Numbered from the stretch's first letter, positions 1 through 10,598 are shown. The stretch: 64,000 bases of DNA from Prevotella sp. CAG:891 (GCA_000437675.1 FR901744.1:3977-67976), one strand, 5' to 3'. A program made the numbers and translations. Notes: generated from the letters alone by a model not told the origin.

Positions 1-50
1 TTGGAAATCTTCTTTTTTAAGTCCGCTTAAGGACTGTGCTTTGTTTTCCA
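1..50 (-). CDS. Possible 5' end of a minus-strand gene running off the window (MENKAQSLSGLKKEDFQ...)
   Basis: The reverse complement of 48-50 is ATG, followed by an open frame to the window edge. Upstream is AT-rich and promoter-like. Product cannot be identified. Confidence 0.25.
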
Positions 51-526
51 TGATAATGAGGGGTTTTTGTATTAAATGTATTATTTACATTGCAAATTTG
101 TAGAAAAGATTTGGAAAATCAAAATGTTGGAGTGAAAAATATTACGCTTCTGCTGCATAAAGGTGAAAATTATTCTGTTGCATTCACGGTGAATTTTATG
201 TTTTTCTTCCGTATTGTCATTATTGGGTTAAAAGTTGTCTTGGTAAGCATGCTTTTTCATTGTTAATGACTTAGAGTATGGTTTTATTGTCATATTGCCA
301 TTTTTATGATGCTGGAAGGCTTGTATTGAGTGGGGTAGTGAATGTCTTTTGTAATCTTTTAGTCTCTTTAGTGGTTCTAAAAGTGTAGGTGTACATTGCA
401 AAAATGCAAATACGATGATAAATAAATTAAATGCTATTAAAAAATACGACTATATGTTTGCTTGAAAGGGTTAAGAGGCGTACTTTTGCATTGTTTTTCA
501 TGGTATTAGATTTAAGGTTAGTAAAG

Positions 527-558
527 ATTGGTTGTCGGGAGACAATCAATTTTTTTTA
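527..558 (+). terminator. Orphan rho-independent terminator-like hairpin (ATTGGTTGTC-GGGA-GACAATCAAT followed by T8)
   Basis: 10-bp stem with one mismatch, 4-nt loop and a TTTTTTTT tract, seen directly. There is no plus-strand CDS upstream in the window. Confidence 0.35.
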
Positions 559-789
559 TTTATACCCTATTTGCTTCCTGTTTTAAAGGTAATATGCATG
601 TGAATTTGTAGGCTCTTATGAAAGATTCTCTCTGGCTTTTCAGTCGGTTGTGCTTGCATAGAGTCAGTTTTTGTATGGTAGTATTATTCTGTCTATTTTA
701 TTAGGTGCTTATTGTCCGTACGTTATGTTAGGAAAAGTTTCTCATATTCCTTTGTGGTAAGTGTTAAACGCTATCTTTGCTTAAATGTA

Positions 790-1110
790 AAACTCTATTA
801 AATTGTAATCTTTCAATTTTTAATACATTCCGGTGTTTGAAGCATAGATTCGTATTTTCTTCAAATTGTCTCCGTAATTGTTGAAATTAGTTCCGCGATT
901 GTCAAAATTAGTTCCGAGCTAGTTGAAATTAGTTCCGAGCTAGTTTTGGCAAATTCGGAGCTGTTGATAATCAGGGCTTTAGAAAATACATTAAAGTCGG
1001 TTTGGCGCACGACTGTTTTGTTCGGAGATTGGAGCAAGGGTGGGTGTCCGATTTTTACTCTTATTAAATTATTTGTTAAAGCTGCCATGCGTATAACAAG
1101 CGACGAAGTG
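790..1110 (+). repeat. Tandem-repeat element, copy 1. It has three 21-bp units with a TTAGTTCCG(A/C)G core at 880-942, a degenerate fourth unit, the CTGTTGATAATCAGG hairpin and a conserved 3' block TTTTACTCTTATTAAATTATTTGTTAAAGCTGCCATG.
   Basis: Direct sequence similarity to the copies at 38.6-38.9 kb and 53.2-53.6 kb. The element boundaries are approximate. Confidence 0.7.
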
Positions 1111-1555
1111 CTATCCAATCCGATTGTTTTGAGTTTTGGCTTAGTGGAGTAGGTAAAACTATACGTCTAATGACCAAGGTTGGCCGTTGTAGGGGCTGTT
1201 ATCTATAATAATGTAGAGCCAAAGTTGCATTCCATTGATTTACATTCAGTTGTTGATAGTATCTGCATAAGGTGGAGAACTATTATTGAAAAATGACATT
1301 ACATAAGTTGGTGCAGAATAGTTACTTATTAAGAAATGGATAGATGTTTGATGCTGAAATGCAGAACTATGCAGCTTGTGCTGTTGTTGAAGGAAGTGCT
1401 TGTTGCTGTTCGAAATGGCACAAATTATGGTACTAACGTGCATTTTTTTTAGTTTTTAAAGTGCTTGATTATACGAAAAAACGTATCTTTGCAAAAAATT
1501 ATGAACGAAGGATGGTAGGATAAAGTCGTATCACCTTCCATGATAAATATAATAC

Positions 1556-2743
1556 ATGGGAATTTTACAAGACAGATTGGCAAAATACACCCTGCCGCAA
1601 CAATATCAAGCTCAGGGCGTATATCCCTATTTCCGCGCTATCGAAGGAAAGCAAGGAACTGAGGTCGAAATGGGCGGACATCATGTGTTGATGTTCGGTT
1701 CTAACGCATACACGGGTTTGACGGGTGATGAGCGAATCATTGCTGCAGGAAAAAAAGCCATGGATAAGTATGGTTCAGGTTGTGCGGGTTCGCGCTTTCT
1801 GAATGGTACGCTTGATTTGCACGTTCAACTTGAAAAAGAACTTGCCGCCTTTGTAGGTAAGGAAGACGCATTGTGCTATTCTACTGGTTTTACCGTAAAT
1901 TCAGGTGTCATATCTTGCTTAACCGGTCGTGAGGATTATATAATATGTGACGATCGTGATCATGCATCAATCGTTGATGGTCGCCGTTTGTCGTTTTCTA
2001 CTTGTTTGAAGTACAAGCACAACGATATGGCTGACTTGGAACGTCAACTTCAAAAGTGCGCTCCCGAGGCTGTAAAGCTTATTGTGGTTGATGGCGTGTT
2101 CTCGATGGAAGGTGATTTGGCAAACTTGCCTGAAATTGTGAAACTCAAACATAAGTATAATGCAACCATTATGGTCGACGAAGCACATGGTATTGGTGTG
2201 TTTGGTCGCAACGGACGTGGTGTTTGCGATTACTTTGGTTTGACCGACGAGGTGGATTTGATAATGGGTACTTTCAGTAAGTCGCTTGCTTCTATTGGTG
2301 GTTTTATCGCTGCTGACGAAAGTATTATCAACTGGTTGCGTCATAATTCGCGTACCTATATCTTCTCGGCGTCGAATACTCCTGCTGCTACAGCTTGTGC
2401 TATGGAGGCATTGCACATTCTTCAGCAAGAACCTGAGCGTATTGAAGCTTTGTGGGATGTGACTCGCTATGCTTTGAAGCGTTTCCGCGAAGAAGGTTTT
2501 GAAATTGGAGAAACTGAATCGCCTATTATTCCGCTTTACGTGCGCGATACAGAAAAAACTTTTATTGCGACAGCTCGTGCATTTGATGCCGGTGTGTTTA
2601 TCAATCCGGTAATACCTCCCGCTTGTGCTCCGCACGATACCCTGGTTCGAGTGGCACTGATGGCTACGCATACCAAGGAGCAAGTGGACAGAGCGGTAGA
2701 GTCGCTTGGTAAGGTGTTCCGCGAACTTGATATTATCAAGTAA
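1556..2743 (+). CDS. PLP-dependent alpha-oxoamine synthase family protein. It resembles serine palmitoyltransferase and 2-amino-3-ketobutyrate CoA ligase. In Bacteroidales a 395-aa protein of this type is typically the sphingolipid-pathway SPT.
   Basis: 395-aa ORF that aligns by eye along its length with E. coli Kbl, including the TFSK PLP-lysine motif and GVFSMEGD. Confidence 0.8.
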   Translation: MGILQDRLAKYTLPQQYQAQGVYPYFRAIEGKQGTEVEMGGHHVLMFGSNAYTGLTGDERIIAAGKKAMDKYGSGCAGSRFLNGTLDLHVQLEKELAAFVGKEDALCYSTGFTVNSGVISCLTGREDYIICDDRDHASIVDGRRLSFSTCLKYKHNDMADLERQLQKCAPEAVKLIVVDGVFSMEGDLANLPEIVKLKHKYNATIMVDEAHGIGVFGRNGRGVCDYFGLTDEVDLIMGTFSKSLASIGGFIAADESIINWLRHNSRTYIFSASNTPAATACAMEALHILQQEPERIEALWDVTRYALKRFREEGFEIGETESPIIPLYVRDTEKTFIATARAFDAGVFINPVIPPACAPHDTLVRVALMATHTKEQVDRAVESLGKVFRELDIIK

Positions 2744-2958
2744 TTAAGTATAAAGCATATAGTGAGTTGGTATTCAAAATTTTGAACGCCAACTTATTAT
2801 ATGTATGTTATAAGCTTGCTTTATTCAGATTATTCGGCATTCTGCTTCACTGTGTTTTAAAGTCTTTGTGATTTTCATACAGCTTGGTGAATGAATGTGG
2901 TTGCTCTGAATAAAGTAGGCATTTTTTATTGAATCTACCTATGTAAGCGTCTGAGAGT

Positions 2959-3744
2959 ATGAAAAAGTATAAAGTGTGTATGACTATAGCCGGTTCGGAT
3001 CCGTCGGGAGGTGCCGGCATACAAGCCGATTTAAAAGTGTTTAGTGTCTGGAAGTGTTACGGTCAGGCCGTTATCACCTCTTTGACTGTTCAAAATACGC
3101 AAGGAGTTGTTTATGCATCATCTGTTTCGCCTCAATTGGTTTACGGCCAGATTGTAGCTGTTTTTACCGACTTGAAACCCGATGTTGTGAAAATTGGAAT
3201 GATTCCCTCTGTAGGTGTGATGCGGAGTATTGTTAAAGCCATTAGGCAATTTGCTCCGAATTTTGTTGTATTGGATCCAGTTATGGTTTCTACTTCCGGA
3301 AAGCGTCTGATGGATGAGGAAGTTGTAGACGTGTTGCGTACAGAGTTGATGCCATTATGCCATCTTGTAACGCCTAATTTGCCCGAAGCTATGTTGCTGG
3401 CCGATAAAAATACAGAGAATCAAAAGGAACTTGCAAAGGTCTTAAGTGATATGATTGGCGGTGTTGCGGTTTTGGTAAAAGGTGGACATGCAGAGGGTGT
3501 TCCGGTAGATGTGCTTTATGCAGATGGATGCTGGCATGAGTTTGACAATGAAGTACGCGTTGATACTCACAATTCGCATGGTACAGGCTGTGTGCTATCT
3601 TCTTCTATAGCAGCAGCTGTGGCGCAAGGCGCAGGATTGCCCGAAGCGGTTGGGCGTGCCAAGGCTTTCTTGACCAAGGCATTACGCAAAGGGGCTGTTT
3701 ATGAAGCAGGTAGAGGTAAAGGACCGTTGTATCTTTTGCCTTGA
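2959..3744 (+). CDS. thiD: Hydroxymethylpyrimidine/phosphomethylpyrimidine kinase
   Basis: N-terminus TIAGSDPSGGAGIQADLK and the ribokinase-like C-terminal GTGC motif. Confidence 0.85.
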   Translation: MKKYKVCMTIAGSDPSGGAGIQADLKVFSVWKCYGQAVITSLTVQNTQGVVYASSVSPQLVYGQIVAVFTDLKPDVVKIGMIPSVGVMRSIVKAIRQFAPNFVVLDPVMVSTSGKRLMDEEVVDVLRTELMPLCHLVTPNLPEAMLLADKNTENQKELAKVLSDMIGGVAVLVKGGHAEGVPVDVLYADGCWHEFDNEVRVDTHNSHGTGCVLSSSIAAAVAQGAGLPEAVGRAKAFLTKALRKGAVYEAGRGKGPLYLLP

Positions 3745-4035
3745 TGTATTTGACGATGTATGCATTGGGAAATCACGAGAGGCGCAGATTCGAATTATTT
3801 GTTGTGGTTTCGGGCTGTACGTGAACTTGACGAAGTAAAAGTAAAACATTTGTTGGAAGGTTGATTATTTCATTGGTTTTTTGTATCTTTGCGCACAGCA
3901 AATAATGGGTAGTTTTGTCTGGTTCTGTAATGAGGACGGGCGAATCGGTATCTTTTCCGGATTCATTAGTATGCTATATATAGATGGTCGAAATGAATTG
4001 AGCATCTGCATAACTATCAAATAAGAAAATAAACA

Positions 4036-4938
4036 ATGAAAGCATTTGTATTTCCAGGCCAGGGAGCACAGTTTGTAGGTATGGGTAAAGACCTGTATGA
4101 AAAGCACCCTATTGCAAAGCAGTTTTTTGAGAAAGCAAACGAAATATTGGGTTTCCGTATTACCGATATTATGTTTGAAGGAACCGACGAAGAACTGAAG
4201 CAAACTAAGGTTACGCAGCCTGCTATGTTCTTGCATAGCGTAGTTAGCGCTTTGTGTTTGGGTTCAGACTTTCAGCCTGATATGGTAGCGGGTCACTCTC
4301 TCGGAGAACTTTCTGCGCTTACAGCAGCTCGCTGTCTGAGTTTTGAAGATGGCTTGAAGTTGGTGGCTGCACGTGCAAAGGCTATGCAAAAGGCTTGCGA
4401 AGCTCAGCCGGGAACTATGGCAGCTATTATTGCTTTGTCTGACGAAAAGGTTGAAGAAGTTTGTGCAGCTGTACGTCAGGAAACTGGTAAGGTTGTAGTG
4501 CCTGCCAATTATAACTGTCCCGGTCAGCTCGTAATTTCGGGTGAAGCTGAAGCTATTGAAGTTGCTTGCCAGCGTTTGAAGGAAGCCGGAGCAAAACGTG
4601 CGTTGGTATTGCCCGTAGGTGGTGCTTTCCATTCACCTTTGATGCAGCCTGCCAAGGAAGAACTTGAAGCAGCCATTGCTACGACTGAGTTCCATACTCC
4701 CATTTGCCCCGTTTACCAGAATGTGGATGGATTGGCTCATACAAATCCTGAAGATATTAAAGCAAACTTGATTGCTCAACTTACAGCTTCGGTTCTTTGG
4801 ACTAAGGAAGTTACTAATATGGTTGCCGATGGAGCAACTGAGTTTACGGAATGTGGACCCGGTAAGACGCTTCAAGGCATGATCGTGAAAATATGCAAGG
4901 GTAATGCAGAGGTTACTGCTCACGGAGTAAACGACTAA
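4036..4938 (+). CDS. fabD: Malonyl CoA-acyl carrier protein transacylase
   Basis: FPGQGAQ and GHSLGE active-site motifs in a 300-aa ORF. Confidence 0.9.
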   Translation: MKAFVFPGQGAQFVGMGKDLYEKHPIAKQFFEKANEILGFRITDIMFEGTDEELKQTKVTQPAMFLHSVVSALCLGSDFQPDMVAGHSLGELSALTAARCLSFEDGLKLVAARAKAMQKACEAQPGTMAAIIALSDEKVEEVCAAVRQETGKVVVPANYNCPGQLVISGEAEAIEVACQRLKEAGAKRALVLPVGGAFHSPLMQPAKEELEAAIATTEFHTPICPVYQNVDGLAHTNPEDIKANLIAQLTASVLWTKEVTNMVADGATEFTECGPGKTLQGMIVKICKGNAEVTAHGVND

Positions 4939-5222
4939 TCAGCCTTGTACTACATATAGCGTATATCAGCAGTTTTAAAGCACGGTGTTAAGGCTTTTGA
5001 ACTGCTGATTTGCTTTTATCTGATATGAACTTAGTCTATTGGGTTGTGGAATGAATAGCCGAACTGGCCATGGAGTATGAATTATAGTTATGTAGATGCT
5101 TGAATATGTATTTAAGTTAACTTAGACTAAGTGTATCAGGTAAAAAAGATTGGCAGACTTGCTTGAACTTTCAGTACAAGTTTGAATATCAGCCCATTAT
5201 TAGAATTATATAAATCAAAATT

Positions 5223-6890
5223 ATGAAACCACTTATATATCAGATTTTTACACGTTTGTATGGCAATGGCAATACCACAAATGTGCACGATGGAACGCTT
5301 GCACAAAATGGCTGTGCCAAAATGAATAATTTTACAAATACACAGTTAAAGCGTATTGCAGAGTTTGGTTTTACGCATGTGTGGTTTACCGGTCTGATTG
5401 AACACGCTACGCAGACGGATTATTCGGCTCACGGAATAGCTCAAGATCATCCGGCTGTGGTAAAGGGTAGGGCAGGGTCTCCTTATGCAATCAAGGATTA
5501 TTATGATATCGATCCGGATCTAGCAGTGGATGTAAACCAGCGTATGAAGGAATTTCAAAATCTGGTGAAGCGTACGCATAAGGCTGGTTTGAAGTTTGTG
5601 ATTGACTTTGTTCCAAATCACGTGGCACGTCAGTACAAGAGTGATGCTTGTCCTGAAGGTGTGAAGGATTTGGGTTGTGATGATAATGTAACTAAGGCAT
5701 TTGACCCTCAAAATAATTTCTATTATGTATTAGGTCAGCCTCTGCATACAGATTTTGATACAGAACGACGTTCCTTGTCTCCTTATAAAGAGTATCCTGC
5801 AAAAGTAACTGGTAATGACCATTTTGATGCATGGCCCAGTCGAAATGACTGGTATGAAACCGTAAAATTGAATTACGGCGTGGATTATTTGGATGGACGT
5901 AAGCAATATTTTGATCCTATCCCATCAACTTGGGAAAAAATGACCAATATACTTCTATTCTGGGCAGGTAAGGGCGTTGATGCATTCCGTTGTGATATGG
6001 CTGAAATGGTACCGGCTGAATTTTGGGCTTATGCTACAGCAAAGGTTCGTCAATCTTATCCAGACATTCAGTTTATTGCCGAAGTGTATAATCCGGCAGA
6101 GTATCGTCGTTACATTCAAAGCGGTTTTGATTATTTGTATGATAAAGTCGGACTTTACGATACGTTGCGTGCTGTGATATGTAACGGGCTTTCTGCAAAT
6201 TGTATAACTGGTTGCTGGCAGGCTGTTGATGATATAAAAGATCACATGCTTAACTTTTTGGAAAACCACGATGAACAGCGAATCGCTTCTGCCTTTTTTG
6301 CAGGCGATGCACTGAAGGCCTTGCCAGCTTTAGTCGTGAGTGCAACGATGGGTAAGAATCCGTTTATGGTTTATGCAGGTCAGGAACTCGGAGAACCGGG
6401 CATGGATGCTGAAGGTTTTAGTGGCTTAGACGGTAGAACAACAATTTTTGATTACTGGGGTGTCGATTCTTTGCGTAAACTTGCAGATAAGCGGTTGTCG
6501 CGTACAGATCTGGAAAAACAGCTTTATAGTTACTATGAAAGAGTGATAAAGTTGTGTAAATCGGAACCGGCAATTCAGGAAGGTTGTTTTTATGATTTGC
6601 AATATGCGAATTATCGGAGAGACTTTGGCTACAATGCTGACAGACAATATGCCTTTTTTAGAAAGGCAGAACATGGTAAGACATTGTTGGTAGTAGCAAA
6701 TTTTGATTTGTTTCCTGTTCATGTCGGAATATGTATACCCGAAAATGCCTTTGACTTTCTGACTTTGCGTTCGGGAATTCGCAACGCTGTTGATTTGCTT
6801 TCGGGAAATGTACAAACATTGTCACTTAATGCTGATAAGCCTACCTATGTAGATATTCCAGCATGTGGTGCCATCATATTGGATGTGTAA
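5223..6890 (+). CDS. Alpha-amylase family (GH13) glycoside hydrolase, cytoplasmic since it has no signal peptide
   Basis: FDFVPNHVA, GVDAFRCDMAEM and FLENHDE motifs of the GH13 catalytic domain. Confidence 0.8.
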   Translation: MKPLIYQIFTRLYGNGNTTNVHDGTLAQNGCAKMNNFTNTQLKRIAEFGFTHVWFTGLIEHATQTDYSAHGIAQDHPAVVKGRAGSPYAIKDYYDIDPDLAVDVNQRMKEFQNLVKRTHKAGLKFVIDFVPNHVARQYKSDACPEGVKDLGCDDNVTKAFDPQNNFYYVLGQPLHTDFDTERRSLSPYKEYPAKVTGNDHFDAWPSRNDWYETVKLNYGVDYLDGRKQYFDPIPSTWEKMTNILLFWAGKGVDAFRCDMAEMVPAEFWAYATAKVRQSYPDIQFIAEVYNPAEYRRYIQSGFDYLYDKVGLYDTLRAVICNGLSANCITGCWQAVDDIKDHMLNFLENHDEQRIASAFFAGDALKALPALVVSATMGKNPFMVYAGQELGEPGMDAEGFSGLDGRTTIFDYWGVDSLRKLADKRLSRTDLEKQLYSYYERVIKLCKSEPAIQEGCFYDLQYANYRRDFGYNADRQYAFFRKAEHGKTLLVVANFDLFPVHVGICIPENAFDFLTLRSGIRNAVDLLSGNVQTLSLNADKPTYVDIPACGAIILDV

Positions 6891-7145
6891 TTTATTATTG
6901 TGTCGTATTTCATACGATTAAAATCCCTCATATATTATCGCATAATTTGATTCAATGTTGATGATATATGGGGATTTTATTGTTCTATATTAAACCAAAC
7001 TATGTAAAAAGTAGTCTATATCACCTATTTTGACAAGAGTGTGATTATTTTTTGAGAAAAAACAAGAAAAAAGTTTGGTATATAAGAATAAAGTTGTACC
7101 TTTGCAATCGCAAATAGGAAATAACAACAACGTTGATCCTAAGGA

Positions 7146-7218
7146 CGCGGAGTGGAGCAGTTGGTAGCTCGCCAGGCTCATAACCTGGAGGTCGTTCGTT
7201 CGAGTCGAGCCTCCGCAA
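7146..7218 (+). tRNA. tRNA-Met (anticodon CAU), with initiator (fMet) type features
   Basis: Manual cloverleaf fold over 73 nt with a CTCATAA anticodon loop. C1 is unpaired with A72 and there is an A11:U24 pair, both hallmarks of bacterial initiator tRNA. The T-loop is TTCGAGT. CCA is not encoded. Confidence 0.85.
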
Positions 7219-7229
7219 CTAATAAAGAT

Positions 7230-7269
7230 GAGTGTATTAAAATGAAAGTTTTAATGCACTCTTTTTTTT
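7230..7269 (+). terminator. Rho-independent terminator after the tRNA-fMet gene
   Basis: 13-bp stem (GAGTGTATTAAAA/TTTTAATGCACTC, one G-U pair), loop TGAAAG, then T8. Confidence 0.8.
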
Positions 7270-7395
7270 GTAGTTGTGATTGGGGTTTAGAAACAACGGG
7301 CTGCAATCCTGTTTGAAGTATATCCTGACATCAAGTTGGTGTCGTTTAGGGTCAGTAGATTTTTAGTAATCCACGCGTCTATATCATCATAAAAG

Positions 7396-7449
7396 AAACG
7401 CATCATAAATGCCTTGTATGTCAATACGTAAACATTTATAATGCGTTTT
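7396..7449 (-). terminator. Possible terminator hairpin downstream of prfC
   Basis: 16-bp imperfect inverted repeat AAACGCATCATAAATG/CATTTATAATGCGTTT with a 21-nt loop. The T-tract is weak and orientation is ambiguous. Confidence 0.3.
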
Positions 7450-7490
7450 GATGTTGTCAGAGCGCGTTGCTCATTGGTCGGTTTTTCTTA

Positions 7491-9059
7491 TTAGAATTCA
7501 CTCGTAAAATGAAATTTGATGTGCTCAAAATCTTGTTGTGCCATTTGTAGCATATAGCCAGAATCAGCCAAGAATACATCGCGTCCTTCTCGATCCTTTG
7601 CCATATATTGATACTTTCGTTTCTTGAAGTTTTCAAGTTCTTCTGGTGAATCACTTTCAATCCAGCATGCTTTATAAAGACTGATGGGTTCCCAACGACA
7701 TTTGGCATTGTATTCGTTTTCGAGACGATATTCAATAACCTCAAATTGTAATTGTCCGACAGTACCGATAATTTTGCGACCATTAAACTGATTAACGAAT
7801 AACTGAGCAACACCTTCGTCCATCAATTGTTCAATGCCTTTATTCAGCTGTTTTGTTTTCATTGGGTCTGCATTCTCAATGTATTTGAACATTTCTGGCG
7901 AGAATGATGGGAGGCCTCGGAAGTGTAATTGTTCACCTTCAGTTAGTGTATCACCAATTTTAAAAGTACCGTTGTCTGGTAGACCAACTATATCACCAGC
8001 CCATGCTTCGTCAATGGTACTTTTTCGCTGCGCCATGAATTGGGTAGGAGATGAGAATCGAACCGTTTTGCCATTTCTTACATGGAGATAAGGTTTGTTA
8101 CGCTCAAAACGGCCAGAGCATACCTTGCAAAATGCAATGCATGATCTGTGATTAGGGTCGATGTTAGCAGTGATTTTAAAGATGAAGCCCGTGAATTTTT
8201 CTTCATCCGGTGTTACTAAACGTTCTTCTGCTTGTGTTGCTCGTGGGTAGGGAGCTATTTTAACAAAGCAGTCTAATAATTCTTTTACACCGAAGTTGTT
8301 GAGTGCAGAGCCAAAGAATACTGGAGCAACATCAGCATTTAAATAGCTTTCATGTTGGAATTCAGGATAAACTCCATCTACTAATTCCAATTCGTCGCGC
8401 AAACGTTGTGCATCAGTTTCACCTACTTGAGCCTCAAGATCAGAACTGTGAATATCCACAGCTATTTTTTCTGTAACCTTTTGCTTGTCTGGAACAAATA
8501 GGTTTAGTTCTTGTTCAAATATGTTGTATACACCTTTAAAACGGGCACCTTGATTGATAGGCCATGATAAAGGACGTACTTTAATTTGCAATTCCTGCTC
8601 AAGTTCATCCAGCAAATCAAAGGGATCTTTACCCTCTCGGTCCATTTTATTGATATAAATGATAACTGGCGTTTTACGCATACGGCAAACAGTCATAAGT
8701 TTGCGTGTTTGCGCTTCGACGCCTTTGGCAGAGTCGACTACGATGATAGCAGAATCGACAGCTGTGAGCGTTCTGAATGTATCTTCAGCAAAGTCCTGGT
8801 GACCCGGAGTATCGAGAATATTTATTTTGTAGCCGTCATAATCGAATTCCATTACAGAGGTAGTCACAGAAATACCACGTTGTTTTTCGATTTCCATCCA
8901 GTCAGAGGTGGCCGTTTTTTTAATTTTATTGTTTTTTACGGCACCTGCAACTTGAATTTGACCACCAAAAAGTAGTAGTTTTTCAGTCAATGTTGTTTTA
9001 CCTGCGTCAGGGTGTGATATGATAGCAAAAGTTCGTCTTCTTGATATTTCAGAATTCAT
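7491..9059 (-). CDS. prfC: Peptide chain release factor 3
   Basis: GTPase N-terminus [18 protein letters not shown] and DTPGHQDF, with full-length RF3 architecture (522 aa). Confidence 0.9.
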   Translation of the reverse strand: MNSEISRRRTFAIISHPDAGKTTLTEKLLLFGGQIQVAGAVKNNKIKKTATSDWMEIEKQRGISVTTSVMEFDYDGYKINILDTPGHQDFAEDTFRTLTAVDSAIIVVDSAKGVEAQTRKLMTVCRMRKTPVIIYINKMDREGKDPFDLLDELEQELQIKVRPLSWPINQGARFKGVYNIFEQELNLFVPDKQKVTEKIAVDIHSSDLEAQVGETDAQRLRDELELVDGVYPEFQHESYLNADVAPVFFGSALNNFGVKELLDCFVKIAPYPRATQAEERLVTPDEEKFTGFIFKITANIDPNHRSCIAFCKVCSGRFERNKPYLHVRNGKTVRFSSPTQFMAQRKSTIDEAWAGDIVGLPDNGTFKIGDTLTEGEQLHFRGLPSFSPEMFKYIENADPMKTKQLNKGIEQLMDEGVAQLFVNQFNGRKIIGTVGQLQFEVIEYRLENEYNAKCRWEPISLYKACWIESDSPEELENFKKRKYQYMAKDREGRDVFLADSGYMLQMAQQDFEHIKFHFTSEF

Positions 9060-9078
9060 AATTTGCAGTTATTATTGC

Positions 9079-9936
9079 TTAGAGTTCTTTGATACAATCT
9101 TTTAAGGCATCCTCCCACCAGCGGATGTCAATGTTGTAGGTTTGTTTAACCTTAGTTTTGTCAAGTACTGAGTAGTGCGGGCGTTTTGCAGCAACGGGGT
9201 AATCTGCTGTATGAATGGGAGATACTTTGCAGTCATCAATGCCAGCTAATTTATGAATGGTACGCGTAAAGTCATACCATGAGCAAACTCCTTCGTTCGT
9301 AAAGTGGTAAACGCCGGGAACAATTCCCTTTTCAATAGCAGTGAGAATAAACTGGGCAAGGTCGCGTGCGTAAGTGGGTGAGCCGAGTTGGTCGAAAACA
9401 ACACCTAACTGTTCACGTTCTTTGCCCAAGCGTATCATGGTCTTTACGAAGTTGTTGCCAAATGTAGAATAAAGCCATGCAGTACGAACTACCATTGAAC
9501 CGGCACATGAGCGAATCACATTCTCTTCGCCAGCTAATTTTGTACGACCATAAACTGTTTGAGGATTAGCGGGGTATTCCTCTTTATAAGGAATGAAGGC
9601 TTCTCCGTCAAAAACATAGTCTGTTGATACCTGAATCATTGTGCCACCAACAGAAGCCACAGCTTCGGCTAAGTATGCAGGAGCTGTTTCATTAAGCAAT
9701 TCGCATAGTTCAGCATTGCTTTCAGCTTTGTCTACTGCTGTATAAGCTGCGCAGTTGATGATAATGGAAATGTGGTTCTGTTCAACAAATGTATAGATGG
9801 CTTTACGATCAGTGATATCCAGTTCGTTGATATCGGTAAAGTAAAATTGCCAATCTTCATTGTTGTATTTTGCGGATAGTAGTCGGATTTCGTTGCCTAA
9901 TTGTCCATTGCAACCTGTGACTAAAATATGTTTCAT
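9079..9936 (-). CDS. rfbD: dTDP-4-dehydrorhamnose reductase
   Basis: 285 aa with N-terminal Rossmann motif ILVTGCNGQLG, typical of RmlD. Confidence 0.8.
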   Translation of the reverse strand: MKHILVTGCNGQLGNEIRLLSAKYNNEDWQFYFTDINELDITDRKAIYTFVEQNHISIIINCAAYTAVDKAESNAELCELLNETAPAYLAEAVASVGGTMIQVSTDYVFDGEAFIPYKEEYPANPQTVYGRTKLAGEENVIRSCAGSMVVRTAWLYSTFGNNFVKTMIRLGKEREQLGVVFDQLGSPTYARDLAQFILTAIEKGIVPGVYHFTNEGVCSWYDFTRTIHKLAGIDDCKVSPIHTADYPVAAKRPHYSVLDKTKVKQTYNIDIRWWEDALKDCIKEL

Positions 9937-10031
9937 TGTAAGATTTTATTTCGTTAGGAGAGGTTCAAAGAATAATCTTTTTAAGAAAAAAGGAATGGTC
10001 CGGATATACTTGGTACATACAGAGTTATGAT

Positions 10032-10598
10032 TTATTCAAAATCAATAGGTTCTGCTTTGTCTTTTAAATAGTAGTCAGAAAGCTGACCAACCAAAGTGGA
10101 AATATCCTTGACTGCCAAAGCCGTTTCGTTCGATATGTTGTGATGTTGTAACTTTAGCAGCATAACACCATAAAGCAGATTAAAGCAAGTCGTGAGTTCA
10201 GAGTCTTCTTGGCTGTCTACATCATCTGAAGCTTTTTTTTGTTTGCTTCTTAATTCAACGATGTAGGGAAGAACCTTGTAATACATCTCGCGATAGTACG
10301 GGAATTTGGGAGAATGTATCAGTTGTAAATGTAATTCCTCCAAATTTTGTAAGATATTCATACAAATACGCAAGTGTCCGTGCTCAAACTTACCTTCGCT
10401 ACGCATCATTTCGCAAAGGTTTGAATACCATTCTATCGTTTTTGCGCGTTGCTCTGAAGTTAAGTCAAAACGACTGATATATTCATTGGCGATACGTTCA
10501 CTGTCGCATTTATAGGCTCTTATTAAGTCCTCAACCTGCCACATGTAAAGCAGATACTCTGCTCGGTTTGAATCTTTAAGTTTGTCTGCTATAATCAT
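10032..10598 (-). CDS. Conserved hypothetical protein, 188 aa. This is the Bacteroidales family commonly found next to rfbD, possibly DUF4924.
   Basis: Clean ORF with no recognisable catalytic motif. The DUF assignment is from memory only. Confidence 0.5.
   Translation of the reverse strand: MIIADKLKDSNRAEYLLYMWQVEDLIRAYKCDSERIANEYISRFDLTSEQRAKTIEWYSNLCEMMRSEGKFEHGHLRICMNILQNLEELHLQLIHSPKFPYYREMYYKVLPYIVELRSKQKKASDDVDSQEDSELTTCFNLLYGVMLLKLQHHNISNETALAVKDISTLVGQLSDYYLKDKAEPIDFE

Noticed and set aside
861-1118. ORFs overlapping the 21-bp tandem arrays (861-1118 minus, 946-1152 plus, 38641-38856 minus, 38723-38908 plus, 53311-53736 plus, 53412-53675 minus), which encode SSELI/SSELV-type peptide repeats
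   Set aside because: The peptide periodicity simply mirrors the DNA repeat. The longest ORF is on a different strand in different copies and the frames are not conserved between copies. No start context or RBS-like features were seen. Treated as non-coding.
1967-2683. Long antisense ORFs inside confident genes (e.g. 1967-2683 minus, 4264-4923 minus, 20505-20819 plus, 26390-26893 plus, 31387-31959 minus, 40137-40927 plus, 47218-48027 plus, 54337-54645 plus)
   Set aside because: They lie entirely within, and antisense to, well-supported conserved genes, and they have no independent motif support. They are typical shadow ORFs.
7100-7300. Integrated element at the tRNA-fMet gene
   Set aside because: There is no integrase, no direct repeat of the tRNA 3' end and no foreign gene content. 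The neighbouring genes are housekeeping.
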